Shown: one piece after another, positions 27,024 through 37,327 of the stretch | Position numbering within the stretch: the stretch's first letter is position 1 | How the letters are laid out: each line of letters opens with the position of its first letter | Source: a virus | Length of the DNA: 64,000 nucleotides | IMG/VR virus record: IMGVR_UViG_3300032224_000809 | Coordinates: 10,598-74,597 of that record | Strand: one strand, 5' to 3' | Translations under genes and position numbers: made by a program | The notes under the pieces: model-generated | Told to the model about the DNA's origin: nothing | What the model saw: only the letters and a program-made list of their open reading frames with translations | Database searches by the model: none

Positions 27024-27707
27024 ATGATGGCAACAAAAATATATGAATCGGGACAAGTAGAATTACTAAATGGAGTTATAGTTGAAGCAGTACCATTAAA
27101 GATAAAATATTTAAGAGAGTTAATGGATGCTTTTGAACTTGTTAAAAATTCTGATGGTGATGATGAGGCAATGACTAATCTTGCTTTATGTGCTTCTATA
27201 GCATTAAAACAATACTGCCCAGAGTTTTATCCAGAGGCAGAAGATATATGCAATATGCCAATTGTGTACAAACTCCTCAACTATGCTGCAGGTATTAAAG
27301 TAAATAAAGATTCAGAAGAATCTGTAAAAAAGCAAGCAGTTGATAGTGGATCTTCTTGGGAAGAATTAGATTTAGCAAAGATAGAATCAGAAGTATTTTT
27401 GCTGGGGATCTGGAAAGATTATCTAGAACTAGAAAAATCAATGTCTATGCCAGAGATACTTGCAACTCTCAGTGTTAAAAGAGAATTAGATCATAACGAA
27501 AAAAAATTTATAGCAGCAATGCAAGGAGTGGATTTAGATGCTGGCTCTGGTGGCGGTCAGCAAGAATGGGAAGACATGAAGGCCAGAGTATTCAGTAAAG
27601 GTCAGGCAGTTGATGGAAATGACATTCTTGCATATCAAGGTGCAACTGCATCAAAGGCAGGGTTTGGTGTCGGTATGGGCATAGATTACGAAATTGTAGA
27701 GGGCTAA
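27024..27707 (+). CDS. Tail assembly chaperone, GT-like single ORF
   Basis: The N-terminal half aligns by eye with 27762..28091. The C-terminal half (WKDYLELEKSMSMPEI) is T-like. TGGTATACT promoter at 27012-27020. Confidence 0.65.
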   Translation: MMATKIYESGQVELLNGVIVEAVPLKIKYLRELMDAFELVKNSDGDDEAMTNLALCASIALKQYCPEFYPEAEDICNMPIVYKLLNYAAGIKVNKDSEESVKKQAVDSGSSWEELDLAKIESEVFLLGIWKDYLELEKSMSMPEILATLSVKRELDHNEKKFIAAMQGVDLDAGSGGGQQEWEDMKARVFSKGQAVDGNDILAYQGATASKAGFGVGMGIDYEIVEG

Positions 27708-27761
27708 AAAAACACGCTTGCTGTGGTATAATTAATTTAACAATCCACAGGAGGAAATACT

Positions 27762-28091
27762 ATGGCAGACAAAGCCACAACAGATAAAAAGCACGTAGTT
27801 TTAATTGACGGTACAAAGGTAACAGTACAACCACTAAAGATTTCACTACTAAAGCCATTCATGCAGAAGTTCCAAGAACTAAGCACAGTGGCAGATAACA
27901 ATGAAAAGTCTATGGACATTCTTCTCGATTGCGTACAAATCGCATTCAAGCAGTACAATCCAGAACTCGCAGACGATAGAGCAGCACTAGAAGAAAACAT
28001 CGACCTACCTACAGTATACGAAGTAGTAGATGCAGCCTCTGGAATCCAACTTGCTGATCCAACTGCATTAGTTAATTCTTTAACTAAGTAA
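27762..28091 (+). CDS. Tail assembly chaperone, G-like
   Basis: Between tail tube and tape measure. AGGAGG RBS; TGGTATAAT promoter at 27724-27732. Confidence 0.7.
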   Translation: MADKATTDKKHVVLIDGTKVTVQPLKISLLKPFMQKFQELSTVADNNEKSMDILLDCVQIAFKQYNPELADDRAALEENIDLPTVYEVVDAASGIQLADPTALVNSLTK

Positions 28092-28118
28092 AAACAATGT
28101 AAAGAGGTGGAATGAAAC

Positions 28119-31100
28119 GTGTCTGATGTAAATGCTAATATAGGCATACATTTTGATACGGCCACGGCTCTTTCAGAATTAAGAAGGCTTCAGGCTGGTC
28201 TAAGCAAGTTTAACCAATCCTTAACACAAGGAAACATTGCTGCTGAAAATGCACAAAAGGGTTTAAACAGTCAACTCATTCAGTCGATTAATCAAACTGG
28301 AAAGTTTATTGCTAGCCAAAAGGATGTCCATACATCTACTGCAGCCTTCACCTCTGCGCTGGAAAAGAACCAGTTAAGCCTTAAACAATACTTTAGATAT
28401 ACCGCTGCAGCCACCTCATTAAACAGTAATGTCTTAAAAAACTTTTTTGCTCAAGAAAAAGAAATTCTTCAACGTGCAAGTAAAGATAGAGTAAAGACTC
28501 TTCAAAGCCAGTATATCCAGTTAACAAATGCTAATGGTCAATTAGTAAAAACTCTTCAGGTAATGCCAAAGCATCTACAGATGACTGGTGGAGCATACAC
28601 AGATTATGCAACACGAATACAAATGGCTGCACAAAGACAACAGTTCTTGAATCAACTATTAAAGCAGGGTTCAACACAACTACTAAACTTTGGTAAAAAT
28701 ACTCAATGGGCAGGCCGTCAGTTGATGGTTGGTTTAACAATTCCTTTGACAATGCTTGGATCATTTGCTGCTAAAACATTTAAAGAGATGGAAGAGGCAA
28801 CTGTAAAGTTCCAGCGTGTATATGGAGATATGGCAACAAGCGTTGCAGAAACAGACAAGGCTGTTGCTGGAATTAAAAGACTTGCTAGCGAGTTCACAAA
28901 GTATGGTGTTGCAGTAAAAGATACAATGAACATGGCTGCAGATGCAGCAGCAGCAGGTTATTCTGGCGCAGCCCTTACCGCTCAAGTAACGCAGGCAACT
29001 AGACTTGCAGTTCTTGGTCAAGTGGATCAACAGCAAGCATTAGAAACAACTATTTCTTTACAGAATGCCTTTGGAATATCTTCTGAACAATTAGCAACCA
29101 AGATTAACTTCCTCAACGCTGTAGAAAACCAAACAGTTTTGTCTATTGAAGATTTAACTATTGCAATTCCAAAAGCAGCCCCTGTTGTAAAACAACTTGG
29201 AGGATCTGTTGAAGACCTAGCCTTCTTCCTTACAGCAATGAAGGAAGGTGGAATCAACGCATCAGAAGGTGCCAACGCACTTAAGTCTGGCCTTGCAGCA
29301 ATGATCAATCCTTCTAAGAAAGCATCAGATATGCTTGCTGGTCTTGGAATTAATATTAAGGGAATTGTTAATAATAATGCGGGGGATTTAAAAGGCACCG
29401 TAGTAGGATTTGCAAGAGCACTAGATACACTAGATCCTCTTAACCGTGCTAAAGCAATTGAGCAGATGTTTGGCAAGTTCCAGTTTGCCCGTCTATCAAC
29501 ATTATTCCAGAACATAACAAAAGATGGCAGTCAGGCTTCTAGAGCACTAGGTTTGGCAGGTGCTTCTATGGAAGAGTTAGCAATCTTGGCAGAGCGAGAA
29601 ACAGCAAAGATTGAAAATGCAACTGGTAAGAAATTCCAAAAAGCAATTGAAGATATGAAGGTTCAGTTGATGCCTTTGGGTAAGGCATTCCTTGAGGCTG
29701 CAACTCCTATTGTAAAATTTGTTGGAAATATATTAGAAAAATTTAATAACCTAAGCGATGGAACAAAAAAGATCATAACAACTATCGTTGGAGTGGTTGG
29801 AGGTTTGGCCCCAGTAGCACTTATGGCATTTGGTTTACTTGCTAACGGAACTGCAAACGTAATCAAGTTCTTTGCAATGCTTCGTGGAGGAATGGCAAAA
29901 CTTAATGGACAAAGCAACGTCCTTGGTGCAGGCTTTGACTATATGACTCAGCAACAGATCGAAAGTCTTGCTCAGTCTAATGCCCTTCATACATCACATC
30001 AAAAATTAATTGAAACATTTAATGTTGAAGCAGGAGCAGCAAATGCACTAGCAGCAGCATATGGAAATGCAGCATCACAAGCAAGAGCACTCTCAATGTC
30101 CTCTCCAGGATTGTTTAATGCAGCACCAGGAGCAGCAGGGGCAACATCAGGTCTTTCTCCAAGAAAGAAATATGCAGAAGGTGTATTTAGTGTTCCAGGA
30201 TCAGGAACTGGAGATACTGTTCCAGCAATGCTGACTCCAGGAGAAACAGTTGTATCAAAAAAGAATACAGATAAATATGGACCACTTCTTAAAGCAATTG
30301 GAAATGATTCTGTTCCAGGATATGCAAATGCAGGAATGGTTGGTGCAGATGGACAAAGAATTTCATTTAATGGTCAGAGTTATGAAATACCAAATAGATC
30401 AACACCACAAAGCGCTAACCTTGCATTAATTTCAGAACTATCTAAGTTTAGCAAGGATGTAGAGGGTGTCTCTCGTGTATTAAAAATGCTTGAAGCCCAA
30501 GCCAAAATAGCAGGGGATGGATTTAAAAAATTATCTGGGGAAACAATAAAGACTATTCTCGAACAAGAAGGTGTATTAAGAAATAGACCAAAGGGAACTT
30601 CTGCAACAACGTACAATGGAGAAAATTATGTGTTTGCACATGGACAGTCTCCTGGCGCCCCAATAAGAGATCCACAAGAATTGCAAAGACTTGCAGATAT
30701 GGCAACATCAAAAACATCTGGAGTTGGAAAACACCTACAGTCTTCGGCAGATGCTGCTAAGGCAGGAGATCCAAACGGATATGCTAGACAGTTTAGCAAC
30801 TTTGGATTTATGCTACCAGAAAAAGCAAACAAGGGACAAATGTCCCCTACAGATCTTGCATCTAAATTTGGTGGAAAAGATATGGCAGTCACCATGGCCC
30901 CAATGTATGATCAGTATGCAAGGTCAATGGGTATGTCACTTGAAGAAGCACTTAATAATCCTGCTGTCGCTGCACAAATGCATACAGACATGCAAACATT
31001 TGCAAGTAGAATTTCAAGCGAAGTTTCAAAAATTCCAACAGAGTTTGTTAATGATCCAGAATTTTACGCAGCAGTAAAGCAAGCACAATCCCAACTTGGA

Positions 31101-34100
31101 GATTCTGTTAGTGGAATGATGAAACAGGCAATTGCTGATGCTAAAGCAACTTCTGTTGTTGGAACATTTGGTGGAGAAGCAAACCGTGGATCAGAAGGAC
31201 AAAGAATATCTTTGGCAGGAAAAGAAACAGCATTAAGAACAGAGTTAGGGGCTTCATCAAACGCAAAGCCATACAGAAAGAGAAACCCAGAATTTGTAAA
31301 AGCATCAACAGAGATTAGTGATGCACTCGATAAAGACTTAACAAGAGCAGAAAAGCAAATTGCTCAAACAGCATCTCCATCAAAGAGAACTAAGAAACTA
31401 GGGCAAGATATTGGAGATGGTTTATCTCAAGGTCTTGCCTCAAAGGCTAGTGCTGTATCAGCACAGTCAGATAAATTAAAGAAGGCTGCAAAAGTTGATA
31501 CAGGTAATAAACAGTTCTATGATGATATTAATACTCCAGATATGAGAGACCAAAGACAGGTCCTTAAATCTCTTGATAGAAGAAGAAGAGATGGCAAGGG
31601 GTCACTATCTTCTGGCGCAGGCTCAGGCGGAATTGATAAAACATCTGCAACATTAACATTACAGATGGGCAAACTTTCTAAAGCAACTGGGGATTCACTA
31701 GAGGCACAGAGAAGACATCAAGATAACATAGTAACAGCGTCAGATCTTGCTAAAGCAACAGCAAACAGTTCACAACAAATTGCTAATGCAGCAGATCAAA
31801 CAGCAAATGCACAACAAAACTCATCAATGCTTGCAGATCAAATTTCAAAGAAAGATCGTGAAATTCTTGCAGAGAAAGAAAAAGAACTTGCTGCACTTCG
31901 TGCAAAAATTAACTCATCAGCATCACAATCTCAAAACCTTGATACCAGAATGACAAAAGAACAAGCGCTCAAAGAAGCCTCTGGATATGCTCGTGAAGAT
32001 GGCAAAGTATTTATTGATCCAGGTACAGGCGACCCAATGGACAAGAAAACATACAACAAGATGAAGCGTGGTATGCGTAGAGAAAAGGTTGGAAAGTTCT
32101 CTGGTAAGGCTGCAGGAGGCCTAGGAATTGCCACTATGGTTGCAGGCGCAGTGGGGGCACCACCAGCAGTAACAGGAGCACTTGGAGCAGCATCCACAGT
32201 TGCATCTATTGCCCCAGCCCTAGCAGGTATGGGACCAGTTGGTTGGACTGTTGCAGGAATAGCAGCACTTGGTGCTGGAGCATATATGCTAAATAAACAT
32301 TTTGAAAATGCAGCAAAAGAAACTGCAAAATTTGTAACTGCAACATCTGCTACATCTGATTTAATGAAAAAGATTGGTCAAGAAACTGGTCTTGTTGGTG
32401 CATCTGAAATTATGAATAAGAGAAGAGGAAATGGACTCCTCTCTGGATATAATGAAGCAGCACGTAAAGGAACCATGGAGGGCGAGAAGTTTATGGGGTC
32501 TGCAACTGGTAAAGAGTTGACAGCCACATATACAAAGAACGCAAATCAAAATGGTTCAGAAGTAGCAGCACAACAGTTTGCAATGCAGTTGGCAGCAGCC
32601 GTTTCTGATGGAACAATGAGTGCAGATCTTGCAAGTCAGGTTGCATATCAACTAGGAGTTAACCTAAAAGACTCTAGTATTTCTATGAAAGTTGATGGAC
32701 AATTAAGAAATCTCATTGGACCAAATGGAGAAGATTTAACAAGAGATCCATTAACAGTTAGAACACGTCTTGCAGTTATTGCAGGAGCAAGATCTGGTCA
32801 AATAGTTAATGGTCTAGATGAGGCTTTAGCAAAGGGCAATAGTGGAAGAACTGAAGCAGCAGCCCTTGCAGCAGCAGGAACAAACGCAGTTGAGATGGCC
32901 CAGATGCAAGCCGATGGAATGGCAAGATATTATGAAGATCAATTAAAATCTTTGACAGCACAACGTGCAGCAACTACCGATAAAGCAAAACAGTTAGAAC
33001 TTGATACCCAAATTAAAGCAATGCAGGATAAACAAATAGCGGGTATGGAAACAATGAATAGGCTTGTTTCTGCTCAGATTGCAAAGCAAGAAGCATTTGT
33101 AGCAGATAAGGTAATTGGAGCATACACTGGAACAGCAAAAGAAGATGCATATTTTGATGCAAATAAGGCTGATGTAAAAGCAAAGTATAAAGGTACAGCA
33201 TATGAGGCATCGGCACAAAGAGTGCTTAATGTTGGTGCACGTGCCGATGAAGATAAATCTTTTGGCAGCGTAAAGGCTGGTAGAGTATTTGAAGCAAAAA
33301 TTCAAATGCTTATGGCTTCTGGTCAGTTGAATCCTAATCAAATGGAAACAATGCTAAAAATATTTGATGGCAATCTTGCAAGCATGGATGTTGCTTTAAA
33401 TGTTGGAATTAGAAAACAGGGCGCTACAAAGGTAGCAGAACTTACATCTCTCCTCTCTGGAATGAAAAATAAAACAACAGCGCAAAGTATTGTTTTAAAT
33501 ATGGTTAGAAAGAGTCCAGCAGAGTTTGATAGAGTTGGCAAGGCTCTAGCATTACTTCAAGCCTCTGATGGCCTAGAGGTAGATATGAGCGCTTACATAG
33601 ATACAGTTGGTTTACCAGGTCTTGAAAAACTTGCAAAAAATCTTGATCTAATTGAAGCAATGAAAACCCCTATTACAAAAGAAGCAGTTATTCAATTTGG
33701 AAAAGATACATTAACTAATATGCAGGGGGTTATTGACAATTGGGACTATTTTAGTAAATTAAAAGACCCAGTACAAAAAGAAGCCATTCAAACATACACA
33801 ACACTTTATGATACTTTAATACATTTTGAAAATGAAGATGCACGTCGTGCTTGGGCAGATAAAATGGCAAAAGACGAAGCAGGCCTGTATGGTAAACCAG
33901 GTTCAACTGAATATACAACTGTCTATAATACTAAGTTTAATGCGTTAACTTCTGGAACACTTAATGATCCAGCAGCAGCAGCAAAACTTGCTTTTGATAT
34001 GGATCAGGCAAAATACGGAAAAGATCCTGTAATTGCTTCAAAGCCTGCAGGTCCAGCAACCGACACTGGCTCAGGTAATAAACCAGCAGACCCATATGCA

Positions 34101-36707
34101 GATTTACTCAAGAGACTTAAAGAGGTTCGCCTTGCTTCTATAGATGCAGAAGGTGGAATCAAGGCTTTAAATAAGGCACTTCTAGCAGCAAAGAAGGGCG
34201 GTATTGGAGATGCATATAAGGGTATTAAAGAGCAAATGCTTGACCTTGGAAAGAACTCACAATTCATGGACTTTATTAATGGTCTTGATCCAAAAGAACA
34301 AGCAAAGTTTATGCGTACAGCCAAAGCGGGAACTGGCAAGAATAAAGGTAAAGCAATTGACCCATTCACTGGTAAGGTTATTAAAGATGGAAAAGTTGGA
34401 GATGTTGTATTTAGTAAGAATGCACAATCAGTAGAGGCTGGACTTAATAAAGCAATCACTGGAGATTTTATTGTTGCACAAAAATCAATCATTAAAAATT
34501 TTAATGAACAAGAAATTGTAACAAAGAAGTTGGCTGCACTTGGAATGTCTAATACTGAAATTCAACAAGTACTTTCAGATGAAGCAATGACAACAGTTAT
34601 TGCCACTGGTAAGATTACAGACAAAGAACTGCAAACAAATATAGCACTAGAAAAACAAAGAGTTGCACGAGAGAAGATTAATGAATTAATTAATACTGGC
34701 AAGGCTGCAATTGAAGAACAAAATAACAATGCAAAGATTCCACAAGTCTTAGAGTTCTTTGCTAAGAATGGCCCAGCCATGTCTCCAAAGGCATTAAACT
34801 CTTTGATCTCAGATCCAAAATCTCTTGCAGCAGCCATCGCAGCAATGGAAGAATATGGAACAGATTCAGAAAAGGCTAAAGAACATGTTGAAGGAATTGT
34901 AAAGGGCCTAGAAGCAGTACAAGCAAATTCAACAATTAAGATTGCACTTGAATATGCAAATTCTGATTTAAAGGGCAAGGCTACAAAGGGTCTTGAGGCT
35001 GCACAAAAGATTATGAATGTTAGAAAAACTGCATACTCTAACATGTCAATAAACGAATTACGCAAGGCTCAGACATCAGATAACACTGCTCTTGGTGGAA
35101 AGGCTTCTTGGAATGTTGGAGAGGCTGGATATCAAGCAGCAATTTCAAAATCTGGAGCATTAGGTGGCGTGGCTCCAGGAGAAGCAATGATGGGTAAGTC
35201 GTTGGCAAGTATTCAAAAATCTCGTGCATCACTGGCACAAGCAATTGGTGTTGCAACAGCACGAACAAGTGCACTTGAATCACAACTTACAGTAGCCCAG
35301 AATAAACTTTCTAAAGACTTAGAGGCAAACGCCAAAAAATATGAAGGTTTCATTAAGACACAAGAAGATGATATTAAAAGAAAACAAGACTTTATCAAGA
35401 AAAACTTTGAAGATCCAGCAAAGGCTTTGGGTGTTGAGTCTAATAAGATTTCAAATGATCTTGCGGTCATGTCTCATGCAGCGGATGAAATTAATAAGAA
35501 ATATGATGCTCAGGCAGAAGCCCTTGCAAATGTTCAGCGTATTAATGAAAACATAATTAGACAACAGCAACAACAATTAGGTCTTGCAGATGCGCTTTCA
35601 TCTGGAGACATCGCAGCAGCAGCCAAGGCAGCACAAGATATGAGGGCAGCAGATGCTGCCAACTATGCTGGTGGAGTATCTTCTGCAATGGATCAAGCAC
35701 GTAATAATGAAATTAAAAATCTTAAAAATAGTTCTGGTCAAAATCAAGAGCAATTACAAGAAAGACAATATCAAATTTCTCAAGAATTATTTGCACTTGA
35801 AACAGACCCACGAAGAGTTGCTGCTGAAAAGGCAATTGAAGATGCACAGGCTTCTATTGCAAAATATCAACAGGATCAAATTGATGAGGCTGCTGCATTA
35901 CAAACTGCATTTGATAAATTAAATGCAACTATAGTTAAACAACTTGCTGATCAAAAAGACATTGTTGACAATTTACAGGCGCAGGATGCACAACTTGCAT
36001 TAGAAGAAATATCTGCTCAAGCAGTTGTAGATCAAATTGTTGCTATGGATGACAGTTCTGGTCATACACTTTCAGAGTGGGAAGATATAGTTGCAAAGAT
36101 GGACGAAGGAGACCCGCTAGCAGAAGCGTATGCAGTAGCCATGGAAGCAGCAGCAGATTCAGCGCTAAGCAATAAGCAGAGTTGGGTTTCAATTCTTGAC
36201 ACTATGAACAAAATTCCTAAGAGCCTATACACAAAACATGTTTATGATGAAATCCACAATATAACAAACTATGTTACTAACTATGTAACAAGTGTTTCTT
36301 CTGGCTCATCAGGAAGTAGTGGCTCATCAGGAAGTAGTGGCTCATCAGGAAGTGGATCGGGAAGTTCTGGCGGTGGGGGCAGGGGGTCTTCCTATCTTTA
36401 CTCATCTGGTGGTATGATTCCAAGATATTTTGCTAAGGGTGGATTTAATATGTTGCCTATTGGAACTGATACAATTCCAGCAATGTTAAGTCCTGGAGAA
36501 TTTGTTGTAAGTAAGTTTGCAGTAGATAACTTTGGAGCAGATAAACTAAAGTCAATAAATTCTGGTAATACAGACCTTGGCTCAGTGTATAATTATAACC
36601 TAAGCGTTAATGTTAAATCTGATGCAAATCCAAATGATATAGCCCAGACAATCATTGAACAAATTAGGCAAGTAGATAATCAAAGAATTAGGAGCAACAG
36701 ACTATAA
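28119..36707 (+). CDS. Tape measure protein (2862 aa)
   Basis: TP901-like core (AVENQTVLSIEDL..GANALKSGL), hydrophobic segments, Ala-rich helical runs, and position. Confidence 0.92.
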   Translation: MSDVNANIGIHFDTATALSELRRLQAGLSKFNQSLTQGNIAAENAQKGLNSQLIQSINQTGKFIASQKDVHTSTAAFTSALEKNQLSLKQYFRYTAAATSLNSNVLKNFFAQEKEILQRASKDRVKTLQSQYIQLTNANGQLVKTLQVMPKHLQMTGGAYTDYATRIQMAAQRQQFLNQLLKQGSTQLLNFGKNTQWAGRQLMVGLTIPLTMLGSFAAKTFKEMEEATVKFQRVYGDMATSVAETDKAVAGIKRLASEFTKYGVAVKDTMNMAADAAAAGYSGAALTAQVTQATRLAVLGQVDQQQALETTISLQNAFGISSEQLATKINFLNAVENQTVLSIEDLTIAIPKAAPVVKQLGGSVEDLAFFLTAMKEGGINASEGANALKSGLAAMINPSKKASDMLAGLGINIKGIVNNNAGDLKGTVVGFARALDTLDPLNRAKAIEQMFGKFQFARLSTLFQNITKDGSQASRALGLAGASMEELAILAERETAKIENATGKKFQKAIEDMKVQLMPLGKAFLEAATPIVKFVGNILEKFNNLSDGTKKIITTIVGVVGGLAPVALMAFGLLANGTANVIKFFAMLRGGMAKLNGQSNVLGAGFDYMTQQQIESLAQSNALHTSHQKLIETFNVEAGAANALAAAYGNAASQARALSMSSPGLFNAAPGAAGATSGLSPRKKYAEGVFSVPGSGTGDTVPAMLTPGETVVSKKNTDKYGPLLKAIGNDSVPGYANAGMVGADGQRISFNGQSYEIPNRSTPQSANLALISELSKFSKDVEGVSRVLKMLEAQAKIAGDGFKKLSGETIKTILEQEGVLRNRPKGTSATTYNGENYVFAHGQSPGAPIRDPQELQRLADMATSKTSGVGKHLQSSADAAKAGDPNGYARQFSNFGFMLPEKANKGQMSPTDLASKFGGKDMAVTMAPMYDQYARSMGMSLEEALNNPAVAAQMHTDMQTFASRISSEVSKIPTEFVNDPEFYAAVKQAQSQLGDSVSGMMKQAIADAKATSVVGTFGGEANRGSEGQRISLAGKETALRTELGASSNAKPYRKRNPEFVKASTEISDALDKDLTRAEKQIAQTASPSKRTKKLGQDIGDGLSQGLASKASAVSAQSDKLKKAAKVDTGNKQFYDDINTPDMRDQRQVLKSLDRRRRDGKGSLSSGAGSGGIDKTSATLTLQMGKLSKATGDSLEAQRRHQDNIVTASDLAKATANSSQQIANAADQTANAQQNSSMLADQISKKDREILAEKEKELAALRAKINSSASQSQNLDTRMTKEQALKEASGYAREDGKVFIDPGTGDPMDKKTYNKMKRGMRREKVGKFSGKAAGGLGIATMVAGAVGAPPAVTGALGAASTVASIAPALAGMGPVGWTVAGIAALGAGAYMLNKHFENAAKETAKFVTATSATSDLMKKIGQETGLVGASEIMNKRRGNGLLSGYNEAARKGTMEGEKFMGSATGKELTATYTKNANQNGSEVAAQQFAMQLAAAVSDGTMSADLASQVAYQLGVNLKDSSISMKVDGQLRNLIGPNGEDLTRDPLTVRTRLAVIAGARSGQIVNGLDEALAKGNSGRTEAAALAAAGTNAVEMAQMQADGMARYYEDQLKSLTAQRAATTDKAKQLELDTQIKAMQDKQIAGMETMNRLVSAQIAKQEAFVADKVIGAYTGTAKEDAYFDANKADVKAKYKGTAYEASAQRVLNVGARADEDKSFGSVKAGRVFEAKIQMLMASGQLNPNQMETMLKIFDGNLASMDVALNVGIRKQGATKVAELTSLLSGMKNKTTAQSIVLNMVRKSPAEFDRVGKALALLQASDGLEVDMSAYIDTVGLPGLEKLAKNLDLIEAMKTPITKEAVIQFGKDTLTNMQGVIDNWDYFSKLKDPVQKEAIQTYTTLYDTLIHFENEDARRAWADKMAKDEAGLYGKPGSTEYTTVYNTKFNALTSGTLNDPAAAAKLAFDMDQAKYGKDPVIASKPAGPATDTGSGNKPADPYADLLKRLKEVRLASIDAEGGIKALNKALLAAKKGGIGDAYKGIKEQMLDLGKNSQFMDFINGLDPKEQAKFMRTAKAGTGKNKGKAIDPFTGKVIKDGKVGDVVFSKNAQSVEAGLNKAITGDFIVAQKSIIKNFNEQEIVTKKLAALGMSNTEIQQVLSDEAMTTVIATGKITDKELQTNIALEKQRVAREKINELINTGKAAIEEQNNNAKIPQVLEFFAKNGPAMSPKALNSLISDPKSLAAAIAAMEEYGTDSEKAKEHVEGIVKGLEAVQANSTIKIALEYANSDLKGKATKGLEAAQKIMNVRKTAYSNMSINELRKAQTSDNTALGGKASWNVGEAGYQAAISKSGALGGVAPGEAMMGKSLASIQKSRASLAQAIGVATARTSALESQLTVAQNKLSKDLEANAKKYEGFIKTQEDDIKRKQDFIKKNFEDPAKALGVESNKISNDLAVMSHAADEINKKYDAQAEALANVQRINENIIRQQQQQLGLADALSSGDIAAAAKAAQDMRAADAANYAGGVSSAMDQARNNEIKNLKNSSGQNQEQLQERQYQISQELFALETDPRRVAAEKAIEDAQASIAKYQQDQIDEAAALQTAFDKLNATIVKQLADQKDIVDNLQAQDAQLALEEISAQAVVDQIVAMDDSSGHTLSEWEDIVAKMDEGDPLAEAYAVAMEAAADSALSNKQSWVSILDTMNKIPKSLYTKHVYDEIHNITNYVTNYVTSVSSGSSGSSGSSGSSGSSGSGSGSSGGGGRGSSYLYSSGGMIPRYFAKGGFNMLPIGTDTIPAMLSPGEFVVSKFAVDNFGADKLKSINSGNTDLGSVYNYNLSVNVKSDANPNDIAQTIIEQIRQVDNQRIRSNRL
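36303..36353 (+). repeat. 18-bp tandem repeat encoding a GSSGSS linker in the tape measure protein
   Basis: GGCTCATCAGGAAGTAGT x2.8. Confidence 0.9.
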
Positions 36708-37327
36708 TGGCAACCGCATCATATATGTCAGGACGCAAGAAGTGGGGAAGACCCCAAGCGTTGCTTTGGTCTGAAAATTCAGGTAAGTTAGATAATGGAC
36801 TATACGTACCAAATGGATTAGAGAAAGGTGCAACAGCAACAACAGATACCCTGGTTGATCAGTTTATTGTTTTATCGGATCATGGTAGAGCCCCTATTGA
36901 TATATCAACAGAAAGAATTGAGAAACGTGAAAGAACTGTAAATGGTAAATCAAGATCTTATCATATTGCAGACAAGAATAAGTTTACTGTTTCGTGGACA
37001 GGTCTTCCATCAAGAGCATTTTCAGATGCCCCAGAGTTTTCTGTAAATGGGAAAAAGACTAGCGCTGGTATTGGGTTTACTGTAGATGGTGGAGCAGGCG
37101 GAGTAGAACTATTAGATTGGTATGAAAACCATAAAGGATCTTTCTGGATGTTTTTATCATACGATAAATATAATACCTTTGGTTCTAACTCAGAAGCCAA
37201 GATGCATTTACAACAGTATAACGATGTTGTTGAAGTATACATATCAAACTTTAACTATAAGGTTGGCAAGCGTGGACAGACACTACATGATTTTTGGGAT
37301 ATTACGGTAACCCTGGAAGAGGCGTAA
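36707..37327 (+). CDS. Distal tail (Dit-like) protein
   Basis: Directly after the tape measure; ERTVNG..RSYHIADK..FWDITVTLEEA. Confidence 0.6.
   Translation: MATASYMSGRKKWGRPQALLWSENSGKLDNGLYVPNGLEKGATATTDTLVDQFIVLSDHGRAPIDISTERIEKRERTVNGKSRSYHIADKNKFTVSWTGLPSRAFSDAPEFSVNGKKTSAGIGFTVDGGAGGVELLDWYENHKGSFWMFLSYDKYNTFGSNSEAKMHLQQYNDVVEVYISNFNYKVGKRGQTLHDFWDITVTLEEA

Noticed and set aside
28060-28119. Programmed -1 frameshift at the end of the G-like chaperone
   Set aside because: No slippery heptamer seen, and no T ORF between it and the tape measure.
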